Under the pieces are notes generated by a model. That model worked only from the letters and a program-made list of their open reading frames with translations, did not search any database and was not told the DNA's origin. A program made the position numbers and the translations under genes. From contig NC_073413.1 of NCBI RefSeq assembly GCF_028641065.1, positions 9,238,001 through 9,302,000 of the forward strand: a stretch of 64,000 nucleotides of DNA, given 5' to 3'. Position 1 is the stretch's first letter; each line of letters starts with the position of its first letter. Source of the stretch: Leucoraja erinacea (lineage: Eukaryota). Positions 61,401 through 64,000 of this stretch are shown one piece after another.

Positions 61401-64000
61401 CTGGCTGAATGAGGGGGATGGAGGGAGGGGGGGTGGAGGGAGGAGTGGAAAGGATAGATGAAGGGGGCGGGGAGGCTGGATGGCTAGGCTGGGGAAATGC
61501 TCAACACCCATCATGTTCTGGCCATGTTTGAGTATCGGTGAGGTATGGATGGACTGCAGGCAGGGGACTGGTCACCTAAACGAGTGGAACAGAATGAATA
61601 AACTGAACAGATGTTTGTATACACTTTTACACAGTCTTCTGACTCTTAGGCCGAGGAAGTGTTTGTATAACTCACTCAACCTACACTGCTTCTTATGCAT
61701 TCTTAATGTGTTGTAATAATTTCACCTGTTACTGTGCAACTCTTGCACCTCACTAAAAGCTAATGTAATCTAATTAAATTTTCTGTCTGGCATAGTTTGC
61801 CCCCCCCCCCCCCCCAAATAATGTGAATTTCAGTTGCCATTATTTGGGTGAACTGAGTATTAAAATAGTTATGGCACCTGGAGAAAACCAGCAGTCACAG
61901 GGAGACCGTACAAACTCAGTACCGATAGCGGCCATTGTCAGGATTGAGCCCAGGTCTCTGGCAACGACTCTATATAAGTATAGGTCGACTCAAATGTGTG
62001 TGTTGCATGAAAGCTAGAGAATGTTCATGTGGGATGCTTCTAACATTGTTGTGCAGCAAGGATCGACAACTTTGGATTAGAAGTGGCTTGTAATACAGTA
62101 AAGCTCAAATCCAGCACACTCAAGAATTTAGTGCCTTACTATCAGATTTGCTGAACTATTTGATGTTATTTCGTATTAATAGGCCAAGACACTTTAATTT
62201 GCCTTTAAAAAAAAAAAAAGTTATGCAGTAGCATAATTTATTTCTATTGAACCGGATAAGTTTAAAGGGAGTACAATAAGTGGGGTCCCTGATCAGTTAA
62301 AGGGGGCATAGTACCTGGTGAGCCAAATGCCAAACTGTAGATGTCTGAATAATTCCAGATTGGATTATTGGAGTTTTACTGTAATTCTAGAAGTGAAAAT
62401 AACTCTATGCATGTTAACCTTTAAATAAATATATTATAGAGTAAACATTAACAATAGAAGAGTATCTTGTGGAGGAATTGATCTTGTTTTATATAGACCA
62501 GATTCAACAGTTTTACAGTGGAATTATAGACCATTCTGCCCATCTGGTGTTTACGTTGGAGCTGATTAGACCATTCAACCCTTTGAGCTTGCTGCCGTTC
62601 TGAAAAGTTGTTACTCTTTTTTTCCAACATTGTTGCTGTGCTGTCTCCATACACCTTGCTGCCTTTTATCTTAAAATTCATCGACCTCAAATATATTCAG
62701 TGACATGGCCTCCATTGTATTCTGCGGTAGAGAATTTCACTGGTTCTCCATTTTCTGATGAGATTCCTCTTCACCTCAGTCCTAAATGCGTTATCTCTTA
62801 TTCCAAGACCGGTCTCTCTTTCAGACATCTTCCTCTCTGAATCCAATCCATATGTATAGTCTGAGAGTTCTGGGAGGCCATGTCCATTTTAATTATTTGC
62901 TCCTCATGTCGTGTAGTAGCTTTCTGAAGACCAATTAACAGTTGGATGTGATTCTGTTCTCATAAGTGCTTTGTCCCATTGTTGTGAACCTATAGTTCTG
63001 AGTTAATGTCCAATAATTCAAAGCACCTGGTAATTTGAGGCTGGTACTTAACTCGGTTATTGGCTGTTTCAATCAATGACTATTGAGGCAGTTTTGTTAT
63101 TCTGCCTGAGTGTAAGGTGCCTTTAACATTACAAATTCCATAATCAGGTTGAGCAGCTTCTCATTGAGATCTCCTGTTTGTGAAATGAGTAGTCTTGATA
63201 GATCTGTTTCTTACATTGACCTATATGTAGAAAACTCAAAGGTGTTTTATTTCGGAAGTAGGTGAGAGGTGTTCTTTCAGAACTGATTTCAGGCTATCCC
63301 CCTATGTTTGATGTTCATTATTTAAGGTCTTTTTTAACTGCAGTCATTAGCCACAAATCCAATTGCTCAAAAATTGACGTGGTTGATCCAATTTCTTGCC
63401 CCAGCCCCCGAAAATACTAGCATGGCAATGCTGCACACCCAGTCGTATTTTGTCTTTGAGTCTTTTGGATCTGTTGTGTCTAAACATCAAATAAATGGCT
63501 ATTCAGCTGTAAAAGGTGTCACAACTGTTTGTACTTTCAATCACATACAACAGAAAAGCAGAAATAATTAGATCGTGGAGATCCAAGAAACTGCAGATGC
63601 TGGAATATTGAGCGAAAAACAAAGTGCTGGGTGAACTCGGTGGGTCAGGCAGCATCTGGAGGGAATGGACAGACAATGTTTTGGATTAGGACCTTTCTTG
63701 AGTCCGAAGAAGGCTCCTGACCTGAAATGGTATTTGTCCATTCCTTTCACAGTTGCGGCCTGACGTGCTGAGTTTCACTGTACCTTAATTGGTACATGTG
63801 ACAATTAAATTGAATCTTGAGTTCCTCCAGCACTTTGTGTTTTGTGCTCAATAATTAGATCTTGGTTCATTTTCCTTTTTTACCATGCCAAACCTTCCAA
63901 CTAGTCACGATGACAGAAAACATTTTGATTTGTTTTCTCCACTTCAAATAAGATAAATGAATTACTGAACAGCGGAAGTGATGTGTGGTCATCAGCCCAG

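Noticed and set aside
60360-61412. 350-aa and 312-aa Pro/Ser/Leu ORFs and their Gly/Glu/Arg antisense ORFs
   Set aside because: By-products of a C/T low-complexity tract that lacks stop codons.

Overview
Eukaryotic, intron-containing vertebrate DNA. The repeat landscape (HE1/V-SINE-like tRNA SINEs, CR1/HER1-like LINEs, Penelope-like elements) points to a cartilaginous fish, probably a skate or ray (inference). Four spliced genes can be reconstructed with GT-AG boundaries and consistent reading phase. MIEF1 (+; 459 aa) has the 70-aa LYR-motif microprotein AltMiD51/MIEF1-MP and two shorter uORFs in its leader. ATF4 (+; 347 aa) has uORF1, an intron-split overlapping uORF2 and an extra nested uORF. 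RPS19BP1/AROS (-; 148 aa, 4 exons) is only partly visible in the ORF track. An MPST-type sulfurtransferase (-; 293 aa) has a CGTGVT active-site loop. A CpG-island first exon of an unidentified gene lies near 60.2 kb. The non-coding DNA holds many Penelope-associated minimal hammerhead-ribozyme motifs (including a tandem triplet), a decayed class III (ERV-L/ERV-S-like) retrovirus that retains an env TM remnant, 27-29-bp hAT-type palindromic mini-elements, a 496-bp hAT MITE, several tandem arrays, a 1-kb polypyrimidine tract and one probable assembly chimera. Gene identities rest on recalled similarity to human proteins; no database search was run.
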